DNA of 64,000 bases from a virus (Duplodnaviria > Caudoviricetes): the IMG/VR virus record IMGVR_UViG_3300046694_000619, one strand, 5' to 3'. Made by a program: the position numbers and the translations under genes. Under the pieces are notes generated by a model. That model was given only the letters and a program-made list of their open reading frames with translations, was not told where the DNA came from and ran no database searches. Position 1 is the first letter of the stretch. Every line of letters starts with the position of its first letter. Positions 18,050-26,963 of this stretch are shown here, piece by piece.

Positions 18050-19813
18050 ATGAACAATTTAAATTCGACCAACATGCACGCACTCACGCTTCAGGCGCAC
18101 TTTGATTACAGTTACGTGCCGCGCACGGGAGACAACGCTGAAGGCGCCGATGTCACGGTGGCCTTCGCGACGGACTTCAACACGGCCGGCGAAAAGCTCA
18201 CGAAGCGTAAAGCAGGACCTCGCTATATCGGTATTCCCTTCGGGATTGATGTTTCCGAGGCGGCGGCGCGGCTTGTGGCGTTCATTGTCGGACGCAATGG
18301 CAGCACGCTGAACGTGGCGGGCAACGGCATCTACACGCTCACGGAGCACGGTGTCAATCAGGAGCGGGCCAATGCGTGGGTGCACAGCGTTCTCGCGGCG
18401 GTATCGCGAGGCGTGAAGCTCACGCTCGTTCGCTCAGGCGGGCAGACGGGCATCGACCAGGCTGGCCTGGTGGCGGCCCTCGCGCTTGGCATTCCTGCAC
18501 TGGGCTACTACCCGGCGCGCTTTCGTCGACGCAACGCGCAAGGCACGGAAGTGACGGCTACAGCCGCCGCGATTCGTGCCGAGCTCGAGGTGCAGGCTGA
18601 CGCGCTGAAGAAGAGCAAAGGCTGGGACTTTCACCAGGACGGGTCGCTGCCGACCGAACTCGAGAAGCAGGTCTTCGTGTTCGGCTCTAACCTGGCCGGA
18701 CGTCACGGCAAGGGTGCTGCGGCTGTCGCCAAGGAGCAGTTTGGCGCGCAGCCGGGTGTTGGTCCGGGGCGTCAGGGTCAAAGCTACGGCATCCCCACAA
18801 AGGATGGTCGGCCGCTGCCGGGAATGGAGCGTCCATCGTTCAACGACCCGAAGCAGACCCTCTCCCTGGCTGCCATCAAGCCCTTCGTCGACGATTTCAT
18901 CGAGTATGCGAAAGCACATCCCGATGAGCAGTTCTTCGTCACGCGTGTCGGTTGCGGTCTGGCCGGCTACGAAGACAAGGAGGTCGCGCCGATGTTCGCC
19001 GCGGCACCTTCGAACTGCAGCTTTCCGGAAGACTGGAAGCCGTGGCTCTCGGAGGCTCAGGACGCGCCGAAGGTCGCGCAAGCCATCAACATCTGGAGCG
19101 GTGCTTCGGGGTTGGGCGGCGCGCTGACCAACATGTCGGAGCGGGCGCGGGAGAAGGGCGGCATCAAGCACTCGTATCCCGTGAAGGTCAATGGTGTGAC
19201 TTACCCTGATTCCGAGGCGGCCTATCAGGCGCTGAAGGCTCCGGGTGAGGACGATTACAACGACGGCCTGATGATTGACCTCATCGCGCTGAAGTTCGTC
19301 CAGAACACCAAGCTGTATGACCTCGTGACGAAAAACGGTGGTGTGGCATGGCTGGAAAAATGCAGTCATTTCACGCAGGCTAAATCGGAGCGGTTCCAGG
19401 CCTGGGAAGGTCAGGGACACGGGTCCCGGTTCATCCGGAACCTGATTCACGGCTACGTGAAGGCAAAGACCGGCCGCGGTCCCGTTACCCGGGTCGTGCA
19501 TGTGAAGGAGGCTCCGTTTGACGTCTATATTGGGCGCCAGATGGGTTCGGACTACCCGCACTCCCCGTGGCATAACCCGCACAAGGTCGACAGCTCTCGC
19601 TCGCGCAATACGGCCGTCGCAGACTTCGCCGAAGACTTTTCGGGCAACCAGGAGTTACAGGCTGACGTGTACCTGCTTAAGGGCAAAACCCTGGGCTGCT
19701 GGTGCAAGGACCGCTCTGATGTCAACCGGCTATGTCACGGCGATGTGCTTGCCGCGCGCGCAGACGGGCGAGAATGGGTCGCTCCGCAAGAAGCTCAAGG
19801 CTGTCTGTTCTGA
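18050..19813 (+). CDS. Multidomain protein: SLOG(YpsA/MoCo-carrier-like) + macro-like (A1S_2505-type) + NADAR-like + DUF4326
   Basis: LNVAGN and SGGQTGIDQAGL; VFVFGSNLAGRHGKGAA...YGIPTK...FFVTRVGCGLAG; LTN...YPDSEAAYQ; DVYIGR...SPWHNP...LKGKTLGCWC...CHGDVL. Confidence 0.8.
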   Translation: MNNLNSTNMHALTLQAHFDYSYVPRTGDNAEGADVTVAFATDFNTAGEKLTKRKAGPRYIGIPFGIDVSEAAARLVAFIVGRNGSTLNVAGNGIYTLTEHGVNQERANAWVHSVLAAVSRGVKLTLVRSGGQTGIDQAGLVAALALGIPALGYYPARFRRRNAQGTEVTATAAAIRAELEVQADALKKSKGWDFHQDGSLPTELEKQVFVFGSNLAGRHGKGAAAVAKEQFGAQPGVGPGRQGQSYGIPTKDGRPLPGMERPSFNDPKQTLSLAAIKPFVDDFIEYAKAHPDEQFFVTRVGCGLAGYEDKEVAPMFAAAPSNCSFPEDWKPWLSEAQDAPKVAQAINIWSGASGLGGALTNMSERAREKGGIKHSYPVKVNGVTYPDSEAAYQALKAPGEDDYNDGLMIDLIALKFVQNTKLYDLVTKNGGVAWLEKCSHFTQAKSERFQAWEGQGHGSRFIRNLIHGYVKAKTGRGPVTRVVHVKEAPFDVYIGRQMGSDYPHSPWHNPHKVDSSRSRNTAVADFAEDFSGNQELQADVYLLKGKTLGCWCKDRSDVNRLCHGDVLAARADGREWVAPQEAQGCLF

Positions 19814-19947
19814 TTTAACCCGAGCTCACGCTCTCTCAAGCCCTCTGCTACCCAGCGGAGGGCTTTTTCATTTGTAACAGCACCCCCTCCGTAGTTGCGT
19901 AACGACCAGTTCATGGTATATTAATTCATCATCAATGAAGGAATGCC

Positions 19948-20427
19948 ATGGAACTGTCGTCGCCCATCGACGCGGTAGCCAGTGCGGTGCATCACGCCGC
20001 GCACCTGGGTTTGCCGGACGTCCAGTATCTCACACGCGATTTCGACGCCGCCCGTAACTGGACCGCGGCGCAGCTCGCTGAAGCAACACGAAACAACACC
20101 TATCCGCAGAAAAAGACGGCCCGTCGCCCGGCTGTGCACGAATGCGAAGTGCACGCGATGTTCGCCCAGACCTGGGGCTCCACGGCCCTGGGCTTCGGTG
20201 GTATCGGCGGCGCGGCCATGACACCGGCCTACACCGTGATTATCCGCGGTCCTGATGGCCATCTAGCCGTCTACTTTGGCACGCGGCTCGCGTATGTCGT
20301 CGACTGGAACACGCAAACCGATGCGCAGCGCAAGGCGTTCGATGAAGACCTGGCCAAACGCTGGGTGGTCAACGTCATAGAAGCCGCCAGCCGCTATGGG
20401 GCGGTCGAGGTGCGCCGCCGTGGCTGA
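19948..20427 (+). CDS. Phage-type hypothetical protein
   Basis: FAQTWGSTALGFGGIGGAAMTPAYTV motif; AAGGA RBS. Confidence 0.7.
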   Translation: MELSSPIDAVASAVHHAAHLGLPDVQYLTRDFDAARNWTAAQLAEATRNNTYPQKKTARRPAVHECEVHAMFAQTWGSTALGFGGIGGAAMTPAYTVIIRGPDGHLAVYFGTRLAYVVDWNTQTDAQRKAFDEDLAKRWVVNVIEAASRYGAVEVRRRG

Positions 20428-20722
20428 GCTGCCGCTTGTCATCTGCGTAGCGCCGGATGCCGACGCTGCCGCGGTAGCAGCAATGCTGGCTGAGCGCTTC
20501 AAGGACGTGGCGCGCGTACAGGTCGTGACGCACATCGCCGAGATTCCCGCGGACCTCCGCGCGCAGTCGGATGTTTTTCCGACTCTGCCGTCGGACGTGT
20601 TCGAACTCGTGCCTCAGTGGCCACAGGACTGTCCGGAACTCGTAACGCTCGAGCGACCGGCCACAACCGCGGGCTACGGTCCGCCGCGCCGCGGCAGGAA
20701 GGGCAAGCCGCTGCGCTGGTAA
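20420..20722 (+). CDS. Hypothetical protein
   Basis: GTG start overlapping the upstream gene; GAGG RBS. Confidence 0.45.
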   Translation: MAELPLVICVAPDADAAAVAAMLAERFKDVARVQVVTHIAEIPADLRAQSDVFPTLPSDVFELVPQWPQDCPELVTLERPATTAGYGPPRRGRKGKPLRW

Positions 20723-20776
20723 CGGCACCGAAGAGCATTTTTTCATATACCAGTTTCAACCCCCTCAAGAACAACC

Positions 20777-21259
20777 GTGATTGACTTCAACTCGATAAGT
20801 GACCGGCACCACGCCTGGGTCGAGCGCATGGGCTGGCACAACAAGACTGTGCTGGAGAGCCTTTCGCTCATTGCCTCCGAAATCGGAGAAGCCGCCGGCG
20901 AATGCCTCGGCGTAATCAATGTCTCGAAGTTCGGCGAAGAGCTGGCCGACATCATCCTGCGCTGCACGGACCTCGCCAAGACCGAGGGCGTGAACCTCAG
21001 CGTCGAGGTCGCCAAGGCCCGCTTCGAATGGGTGGGGCTCACGGCGCTCGAGCGCCTTTCCGAGGTTCTCGTCGACTACGCCAAATGGAGCAACACCGCG
21101 CGCAAGCCACAGCTTGGCCCGGACTTCGGTGAAGCCATGGGCCGCGTAGTCGCGCGCGTCATCGACATCGCCGAGACCTACGGCATCGACCTGCACAAAG
21201 AAGTGCAACTCAAGTTGGCAAAGAACGAAGTAAACGGCACGCGTGGCCGCCCCATCTGA
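20777..21259 (+). CDS. MazG-like NTP pyrophosphohydrolase (duplicated fold)
   Basis: SEIGEAAGE...FGEELADIILR; second degenerate copy ending YGIDL.KEV..K..KN..NG.RG. Confidence 0.75.
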   Translation: MIDFNSISDRHHAWVERMGWHNKTVLESLSLIASEIGEAAGECLGVINVSKFGEELADIILRCTDLAKTEGVNLSVEVAKARFEWVGLTALERLSEVLVDYAKWSNTARKPQLGPDFGEAMGRVVARVIDIAETYGIDLHKEVQLKLAKNEVNGTRGRPI

Positions 21260-21270
21260 AGGAGTCTCAC

Positions 21271-21921
21271 ATGCAAAAAGTAGTTGGATTGGTGGGCCTT
21301 CGCGGCTCGGGCAAGGACACGGCTGCCGGGTTTCTTGTCGCGCAGGGCTGGCATCGCATCGCGTTCGCAGATGCCCTCTACCTCGAAGTCGCCAACACGT
21401 TCGGCGTAACGCTCGAGTTTCTGTCGCGCCGGGAAACGAAGGAAACGCCGCTGCCAGAGCTGGCGCTTGTGAACTGCAAGGACCAGCTCTTCATCGCGGT
21501 CATGCTGTCGATTGCAGGCCTGCGCCTTGGCCACGACACCCGCAAAATTACGGCCTTCCTGCGCAAGCCGCGTAGCCCGCGGCAAATCATGCAGTACTGG
21601 GGCACGGAGTACCGTCGCCAGACATTGCGCGACGATTACTGGCGCGCGCAGGTCGCAGACTTCATTCACGCCCATCCGACGTGGAACTTCGTCATCACCG
21701 ACGTGCGCTTCCCGGACGAGGGTAAGCTGGTCGAAGGCGAGCTCAAGGGCGAGCTTGGCCGTATCAACCGCCCGGAGCTACCCGGCTCGAACGACAAGGC
21801 GCTGATGCACTCGTCCGAAGTCGCCATGCTCTCGTACCCCATCAAGAAGGAATTCACCAACGAAGAGGGCGTCGCGGGACTGGCCCGCTTCCGCCGCGAA
21901 GTGCTTCGCGCCTTCCACTAA
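21271..21921 (+). CDS. Phage-type deoxynucleoside monophosphate kinase
   Basis: GLRGSGKDT, FADAL, PRQIMQYWGTE, ITDVRFPDE, HSSE. Confidence 0.85.
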   Translation: MQKVVGLVGLRGSGKDTAAGFLVAQGWHRIAFADALYLEVANTFGVTLEFLSRRETKETPLPELALVNCKDQLFIAVMLSIAGLRLGHDTRKITAFLRKPRSPRQIMQYWGTEYRRQTLRDDYWRAQVADFIHAHPTWNFVITDVRFPDEGKLVEGELKGELGRINRPELPGSNDKALMHSSEVAMLSYPIKKEFTNEEGVAGLARFRREVLRAFH

Positions 21922-21973
21922 CGCAGGTTCCCGAGCCCACCCGCGCGGTGGGCTTCTTTTTGATGTAAGCAAG

Positions 21974-22002
21974 TTGTCACTTACGGGCCTAATCAGTATA
22001 CT
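21974..22002 (+). promoter_or_regulatory. Sigma70 promoter
   Basis: TTGTCA-N17-TATACT. Confidence 0.65.
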
Positions 22003-22032
22003 AAGCCTTACAGCACTACCCTTGGTCCATCC

Positions 22033-22440
22033 ATGTTCAACCTCAATCAACCGAATACCGGCAGGCCGGCGCACATCTCAGGCGCGAACCAGTCATCCCA
22101 GTTTCTACAGGCCGCAAAGGCCTTGCCGTGCTGGCGCACCATGCCTTACCGGTCCGTCGAAGTGTCGTTCCCGGAAGGCAGTTGCTTCCAGCTGCGCGCC
22201 TCGGACCTTGCCATCAAAGCCACCAGCCGCATCCTGATTCCCGGCGGCGAGCCCATGATGCATCTCCTGGTGCAGGTGGTACCCCTGCTACGCGAGCGCC
22301 CCGAGTTCCTCATCGAAGTCGCATCCGGGCTGAGCTGGCCGGAGCTGTGCGAGCTGGCCTGCGATGCATTCTGGCGCTCCCCTTGCACCGTGCTGGCACA
22401 GCAGTTCGGCAGGAAAGCGAAGCTTAGCCTGCACGCTTGA
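22033..22440 (+). CDS. Hypothetical protein
   Basis: ORF directly after the sigma70 promoter; weak RBS. Confidence 0.5.
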   Translation: MFNLNQPNTGRPAHISGANQSSQFLQAAKALPCWRTMPYRSVEVSFPEGSCFQLRASDLAIKATSRILIPGGEPMMHLLVQVVPLLRERPEFLIEVASGLSWPELCELACDAFWRSPCTVLAQQFGRKAKLSLHA

Positions 22441-22458
22441 CACGTATTGCAAGAACGC

Positions 22459-22487
22459 TTGACAGTTAACTATTAAATCCATATAAT
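22459..22487 (+). promoter_or_regulatory. Perfect consensus sigma70 promoter
   Basis: TTGACA-N17-TATAAT; CAGTTAACT (22463-22471) and AGTTAACTG (22507-22515) form an inverted repeat. Confidence 0.85.
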
Positions 22488-22493
22488 GTGAAA

Positions 22494-22617
22494 CATGAAT
22501 TCGGTAAGTTAACTGGTTTTCCTCCGTGGTCGGCAACGACTAGGTCAACAGGATTGAGCAGGGTGCTCTCCTTGCGACTTTCGCCCGATGAGTGTTGAGC
22601 TCATCGGGCTTTTTTTT
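22494..22617 (+). ncRNA. Candidate small RNA (~125 nt) with anti-SD motifs
   Basis: Lies between the perfect promoter and an intrinsic terminator; no coding ORF; GCAA tetraloop hairpin; TTTTCCTCC and CTCTCCTT motifs. Confidence 0.65.
22583..22617 (+). terminator. Intrinsic terminator
   Basis: GCCCGATGAG-loop-CTCATCGGGC followed by T8. Confidence 0.85.
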
Positions 22618-22619
22618 GC

Positions 22620-22907
22620 CTAGACCGCCTTGCCGTTCTTCACCTTTGCCTTGAATGCGCTGCCCGCGGTGAACTTCGGCGCCGTCGAGGCTGGAATCAC
22701 CAAAGCCTCGCCGCTGTTGGGATTGCGCCCGGTGCGCGCGGCGCGACTCGTGCGCGAAAACGCACCGAACCCCACGACGTTGACCTGCCCGCCGGCGGCG
22801 ACCGTGTCGCTGATGGACTCGAACACTGCGTCGACGACTGCCGCGACGACCTTGGTGGATTGACCGGTCTTCTCCGCGACCTGCACGACCAATTCAGATT
22901 TGTGCAT
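22620..22907 (-). CDS. hup: HU-family DNA-binding protein
   Basis: MHKSELV..VA, GFGAF...RAARTGRNP..GE...IPA...PKF.AG. Confidence 0.95.
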   Translation of the reverse strand: MHKSELVVQVAEKTGQSTKVVAAVVDAVFESISDTVAAGGQVNVVGFGAFSRTSRAARTGRNPNSGEALVIPASTAPKFTAGSAFKAKVKNGKAV

Positions 22908-23028
22908 GAAAATCTCCTTGCATCACTCGGACTGTTAACGATGTTAGTCGTTGACGCATATGTATCACGAGACCACGCGCTATACAAGAATGCAGTGGTT
23001 TTCGCTGCTTCTACGAGAGGAAACAGTT

Positions 23029-23154
23029 ATGTTCAATGATGATTACGGTGTGGATGTGAACGCTTTCGTTGCAACGCTCGACCGCCGTGAAGCGGCCCAA
23101 GCAGCGTTCGAGGATGCGGACACCGACAATAATCACGAAGACGACGACGAATAA
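23029..23154 (+). CDS. Small acidic peptide (41 aa)
   Basis: GAGGA RBS, CTATAC motif, downstream terminator at ~23180-23213. Confidence 0.5.
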   Translation: MFNDDYGVDVNAFVATLDRREAAQAAFEDADTDNNHEDDDE

Positions 23155-23222
23155 CGTCTCCAGTCGCCAAACTCTCCCAGAACCCTCCCGATTTTCGGAG
23201 GGTTCTTTTTTTTGTCCGTGCG

Positions 23223-23672
23223 TCAGACGTTGAACCGTTCTCGGCAGGCCTGGACCGCTGTCACAGCCTCATCCGGAAGGCCGGCTGGCAGCTTGGCCAC
23301 CCGTGCCGAGAACGCCGCCAGCGACCGCGGAGCACAGCCCTCTTCGAGCAGCGCCGCGAATCCTGCGCTTTCGCCATGCAGGTGCAGCTCGTCAAAGTTG
23401 CCATCGGAGTCCAGCTCGAACCACGCCAGGTCTACAAGGGTGCACTCGAGCGCGCGACATACGGCTTCCGCGTAGTCCAGCGCGCCATTGGTAACGCTGA
23501 CACCCGGGTTTTGCGGGTGGTCGGCCAGCAGACACCAGCCCAGGCCACCGCTACGAGCGATGACAGCCGTCACGCCTGGTCGCCCGCTGTGCGCGCCGTC
23601 GAGTCGCACGTTGTGCCGTATCGGCGCCGCAATGTTTTGTCGCAAAAAGTGCTGTATCGAAACTGTCGGCAT
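23223..23672 (-). CDS. Hypothetical protein
   Basis: AAGGAGG RBS; NPGVSVTNG motif. Confidence 0.65.
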   Translation of the reverse strand: MPTVSIQHFLRQNIAAPIRHNVRLDGAHSGRPGVTAVIARSGGLGWCLLADHPQNPGVSVTNGALDYAEAVCRALECTLVDLAWFELDSDGNFDELHLHGESAGFAALLEEGCAPRSLAAFSARVAKLPAGLPDEAVTAVQACRERFNV

Positions 23673-23817
23673 GGAGCCCTCCTTAACGGAAAGTCTATCA
23701 CGATGGTGGGCCAGTTGAGCCTATACAAAGAGCAGGCAATATATATCGTGAAATGCGCGTTTACATAGATGGCAGTCGCTGTCGATGTCTGCACGCGCGA
23801 AAAATACGGAGTGAATC

Positions 23818-24639
23818 ATGGAAAACGCAGAACGTGTTGAGAAAGTCACCACCCCCGACTGGTACGACCTGCTGGTGGATGCTGTGCACGAGCCGGGTCA
23901 ACTGGCGGCGGCACATCAGTTTTTCCATCAATACAGTCTGGCCAATCGCTGGCTGGCGAGCACGCAGCTCCGCGCTGCCGGCTTGCCGCTGATTCCCATC
24001 AATACCTTCAAAGGCTGGCTCAACGCCAAGCGTCCGGTACAGAAGGGGCAGAAGGCTAGCATCGCTCTCATCATGCCGGTGCCCATTCGGGCCAAGAAGG
24101 ACGAGGACGACGGTGATGAGAAGGGCAAGGGCGCGGTGAAGTTTACCAAGTTCATGCTCCGCAGCAACTGGTTCCACCTTAACCAGACCGCCGGCGAGGA
24201 GTACAAGCCGGAAGAAGTCACACGTGGCGACTGGAATCTGGCGTCGGCTTACGATTTCCTGGAAATCAAGGAGTCGCCGTTCGAGTTCACGAGCGTTTCG
24301 GACATGCGTCTGGGCTGGGCGAAGGGGAAGGAAATCGCAGTATCCCCGCTCGAAGTCCATCAAACGTATGGCCGTCTGCGGGAAATGGCGCGCGTTCTTC
24401 TCGGCCATACCGCGGAGGAGCCTGCCAAGTCGGTTCCGCAGGAGCAGGCAATGCGAGACATCGAGGCTGACACCGCAGCATACCTGTGCGCGGCGACTCT
24501 CGGTATCTCGGGTCTGGAAGAAGCTCGCTCGCGCCTGCAGGTGAATCTCGCCGACGGCGCCAAGCTTCGTATTCCGGACAAGTGCGCACATCGTGCGTTC
24601 TCGGCCGCGGACAAGCTCATCAACGCCGGCTACTGCTGA
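23818..24639 (+). CDS. ArdC-like ssDNA-binding/antirestriction protein with degenerate zincin
   Basis: FHQYSLAN, TFKGW...R.VQKGQKA; REMARVLLGH and IEADTAAY where HExxH/EAE are expected. Confidence 0.75.
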   Translation: MENAERVEKVTTPDWYDLLVDAVHEPGQLAAAHQFFHQYSLANRWLASTQLRAAGLPLIPINTFKGWLNAKRPVQKGQKASIALIMPVPIRAKKDEDDGDEKGKGAVKFTKFMLRSNWFHLNQTAGEEYKPEEVTRGDWNLASAYDFLEIKESPFEFTSVSDMRLGWAKGKEIAVSPLEVHQTYGRLREMARVLLGHTAEEPAKSVPQEQAMRDIEADTAAYLCAATLGISGLEEARSRLQVNLADGAKLRIPDKCAHRAFSAADKLINAGYC

Positions 24640-24809
24640 TAGGTCCATCAAAGCAATCCACTCGACAACCCGATTCGTTCGGGTTGTTTTTTGAATACAC
24701 GGAGATGACCTATGAATGAAGGAATCAATTTCGGCTCAGGCGAGGGTGCATTCGACGCAGATGAGGCATCGTTCTGCCGCGCCGCGCCGCGGCGCGTGAG
24801 CTGCGTGAG

Positions 24810-25157
24810 GTGCTAGCGCAGCCCAAGTCGTCACAGTTCACCCGCGCACGCTATCCGAAGGAGCCGCTCTATGCGTTGCATCAAAACGCATTGATGGTTG
24901 ACGGTATGTCCCCTTCCGGGCGGAAGGAACTTGCGATTGGCCGATTCGCGCATGCGAAGAAGGCCAGCGTTGGCGAACAAATCACCTGTCCTGGCTGCGG
25001 CACGCTGCAGACGAAGTCGAGCTATCAGCACGTTTTCTGCAAGGACAAGGTGAAGGGCCGCTCGACCTGCAAGGACTTCATCAACAACTGGCTCGACCCG
25101 GTCCGACTCGCGCGCACGCTCGAGAGGCTGGAGCGGGAAGAACGCAAAGCAGCCTAA
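24810..25157 (+). CDS. Putative Zn-finger protein
   Basis: CPGCG...FC...CKD pattern. Confidence 0.55.
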   Translation: MLAQPKSSQFTRARYPKEPLYALHQNALMVDGMSPSGRKELAIGRFAHAKKASVGEQITCPGCGTLQTKSSYQHVFCKDKVKGRSTCKDFINNWLDPVRLARTLERLEREERKAA

Positions 25158-25162
25158 AGGAG

Positions 25163-25423
25163 ATGACCATGAAAGGTATCACGGGCTTTCGCCTGAGGCC
25201 GCTATCGCGCGCGCTTGCACCGGTGGCGCCGCATGACTGGCGGACCTGTACCCAGGCCGAGTGTGAGGTTTGCGACGCGCTGGTGCGTGACGGCACGGTC
25301 ATCAGTTGCGATGGATGCGGGAATCCGGGCCACACCGACGCACCCGGCGGCTGGGTTCGCGCCGAAGACGGTCAGATTTTCTGTGAACCGTGTGCTGTAG
25401 AGCTGGAGGTTGTGGCTACCTGA
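25163..25423 (+). CDS. Cys-rich small protein
   Basis: C..CEVC, CDGC...H, CEPC; AAGGAG RBS. Confidence 0.55.
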   Translation: MTMKGITGFRLRPLSRALAPVAPHDWRTCTQAECEVCDALVRDGTVISCDGCGNPGHTDAPGGWVRAEDGQIFCEPCAVELEVVAT

Positions 25424-25510
25424 GAGGGAGCGTCGCAAGACGCGTTTTGGATAGTCAGACAGCATCATTTAACCACTGCGGCACGCCGCATCGCTACGTA
25501 GGAAGCTCAC

Positions 25511-25780
25511 ATGACCACAACCGTTTACATCGTTCCCGCCATGACGGACCAGGCTGGCCAGTGCCGTATCGTATCTCGCGAAGGCGAGTTCGATTCGGCT
25601 CGCGACGACTACCGTCTGAATCCCGACGCCTGGAAGGAAATCGGCATCATGAATTCGCGCGGCAAGCTCGTCTGCCTCGAGGCGGGAAACCTCGACATCG
25701 TTGACGAGCTCAAGGCCAGCGAACCCCTGATGGCCGGATTGGTGTTCGAGGTAGAAGACGTTCAAGCGCTCGTCGCTTGA
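25511..25780 (+). CDS. Hypothetical protein
   Basis: AGGA RBS; terminator GGCCGTC-TTT-GACGGCC-T7. Confidence 0.7.
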   Translation: MTTTVYIVPAMTDQAGQCRIVSREGEFDSARDDYRLNPDAWKEIGIMNSRGKLVCLEAGNLDIVDELKASEPLMAGLVFEVEDVQALVA

Positions 25781-26049
25781 TTTGCAGTCGAACTCCGGGC
25801 CGTCTTTGACGGCCTTTTTTTCGAGATTAGAAATTTCAACGGTACTCGGCGTCAGCACATCTTTTTGATGAAACACGCCTACAGAGCCTTGATGATTTTA
25901 AAACGTCGCAAATAGCACAGTCAAAAGCACGCCTGATTTCATAGTCATTTCCTAAACGCTCACATTTGGGTATCCACAAATGCCGATTTTGCCGTCGCCA
26001 GCCGTTCTATACGAATTAGGTCAAATTGGTTTTGAGTGAGAAGGCAAAC

Positions 26050-26589
26050 ATGAAAGAGCGAAAAACTGCAAGTCGTGCTGAGTTTGAGCTTTTGGCCGAC
26101 ATGCTGACAGACCTGGCGAAAGCTGAGTATCTGTCTTGTGTTGAGCTGATGCCCAAGCTTGTGGTGATGGGGCTGGACCCGTTGGTTTCGGGGCAACCCG
26201 GATACCGTTTTGGACAGGTTCCCATTGCGGAGTTGATGACGAGCACCGCCGGTATTCCCGGGGAGGTTGTCATCGCGGCGCTCATCGAGCGGCTGGCCCA
26301 GGACCCGGAAATACTGGTCGTGGGACATGTCGCCGAAGCGTGGCGCGCGCAATACACGAAGGAAGCCCGAGAGAAGCTGGGCCCCGTCGTGAATCCGGAA
26401 GATGCGCCGAATCGGGAAGAGGTGCTGCTGTTGAATCTGCATTCGACCAGCTGCACCGCGCTGATGACGTGCAAGCTGGTTCGGGAGGGCCTTACGACCT
26501 TGGTTCAGAAGGGCGATTTGCTTTTCCATCCACGGCCAACTGACGGTCATCTGGGCCGGTACACTAACACGACAGGAGAAAACACATGA
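26050..26589 (+). CDS. Hypothetical protein
   Basis: AAGG RBS; CTATAC motif 38 nt upstream. Confidence 0.65.
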   Translation: MKERKTASRAEFELLADMLTDLAKAEYLSCVELMPKLVVMGLDPLVSGQPGYRFGQVPIAELMTSTAGIPGEVVIAALIERLAQDPEILVVGHVAEAWRAQYTKEAREKLGPVVNPEDAPNREEVLLLNLHSTSCTALMTCKLVREGLTTLVQKGDLLFHPRPTDGHLGRYTNTTGENT

Positions 26590-26840
26590 AGGAACGGGAA
26601 GAGCTGATGTTCGGGTGCGACCCGAAAGCCATGATGGTTGAGCTTGAGCAACATATCAAGCGCAACGGTCTTGGCATGGTGCTCACGAGCATGTTGAGTG
26701 ATGTTCAGGAAATGCTCGAAATGCGCCGCGGCGAAGATGCTCGCAAGGCTTTGAACCGCATCAAGTACATCATCGGGGAGCAGGTGCCCAGCGTACGCGA
26801 TGTGCAAGATGCCGAAGAAGCAGGGCCGCCCGCAGCTTGA
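26586..26840 (+). CDS. Hypothetical protein
   Basis: AGGAG RBS, ATGA overlap, terminator at ~26866-26892. Confidence 0.65.
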   Translation: MKEREELMFGCDPKAMMVELEQHIKRNGLGMVLTSMLSDVQEMLEMRRGEDARKALNRIKYIIGEQVPSVRDVQDAEEAGPPAA

Positions 26841-26963
26841 AGTTGGATAGTTCGCAGTAACTCGAAAAGCCACTCTTATGAGTGGCTTTTTCATTGTCGG
26901 GTGTCGCGCGCCCCGCATAAAAATGGCCGCTCGGAAAGAGCAGCCATTGAGGGGTGAGGCGTA

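Noticed and set aside
25970-25978. Replication origin
   Set aside because: A single imperfect DnaA box, no iterons and no rep gene in the window.
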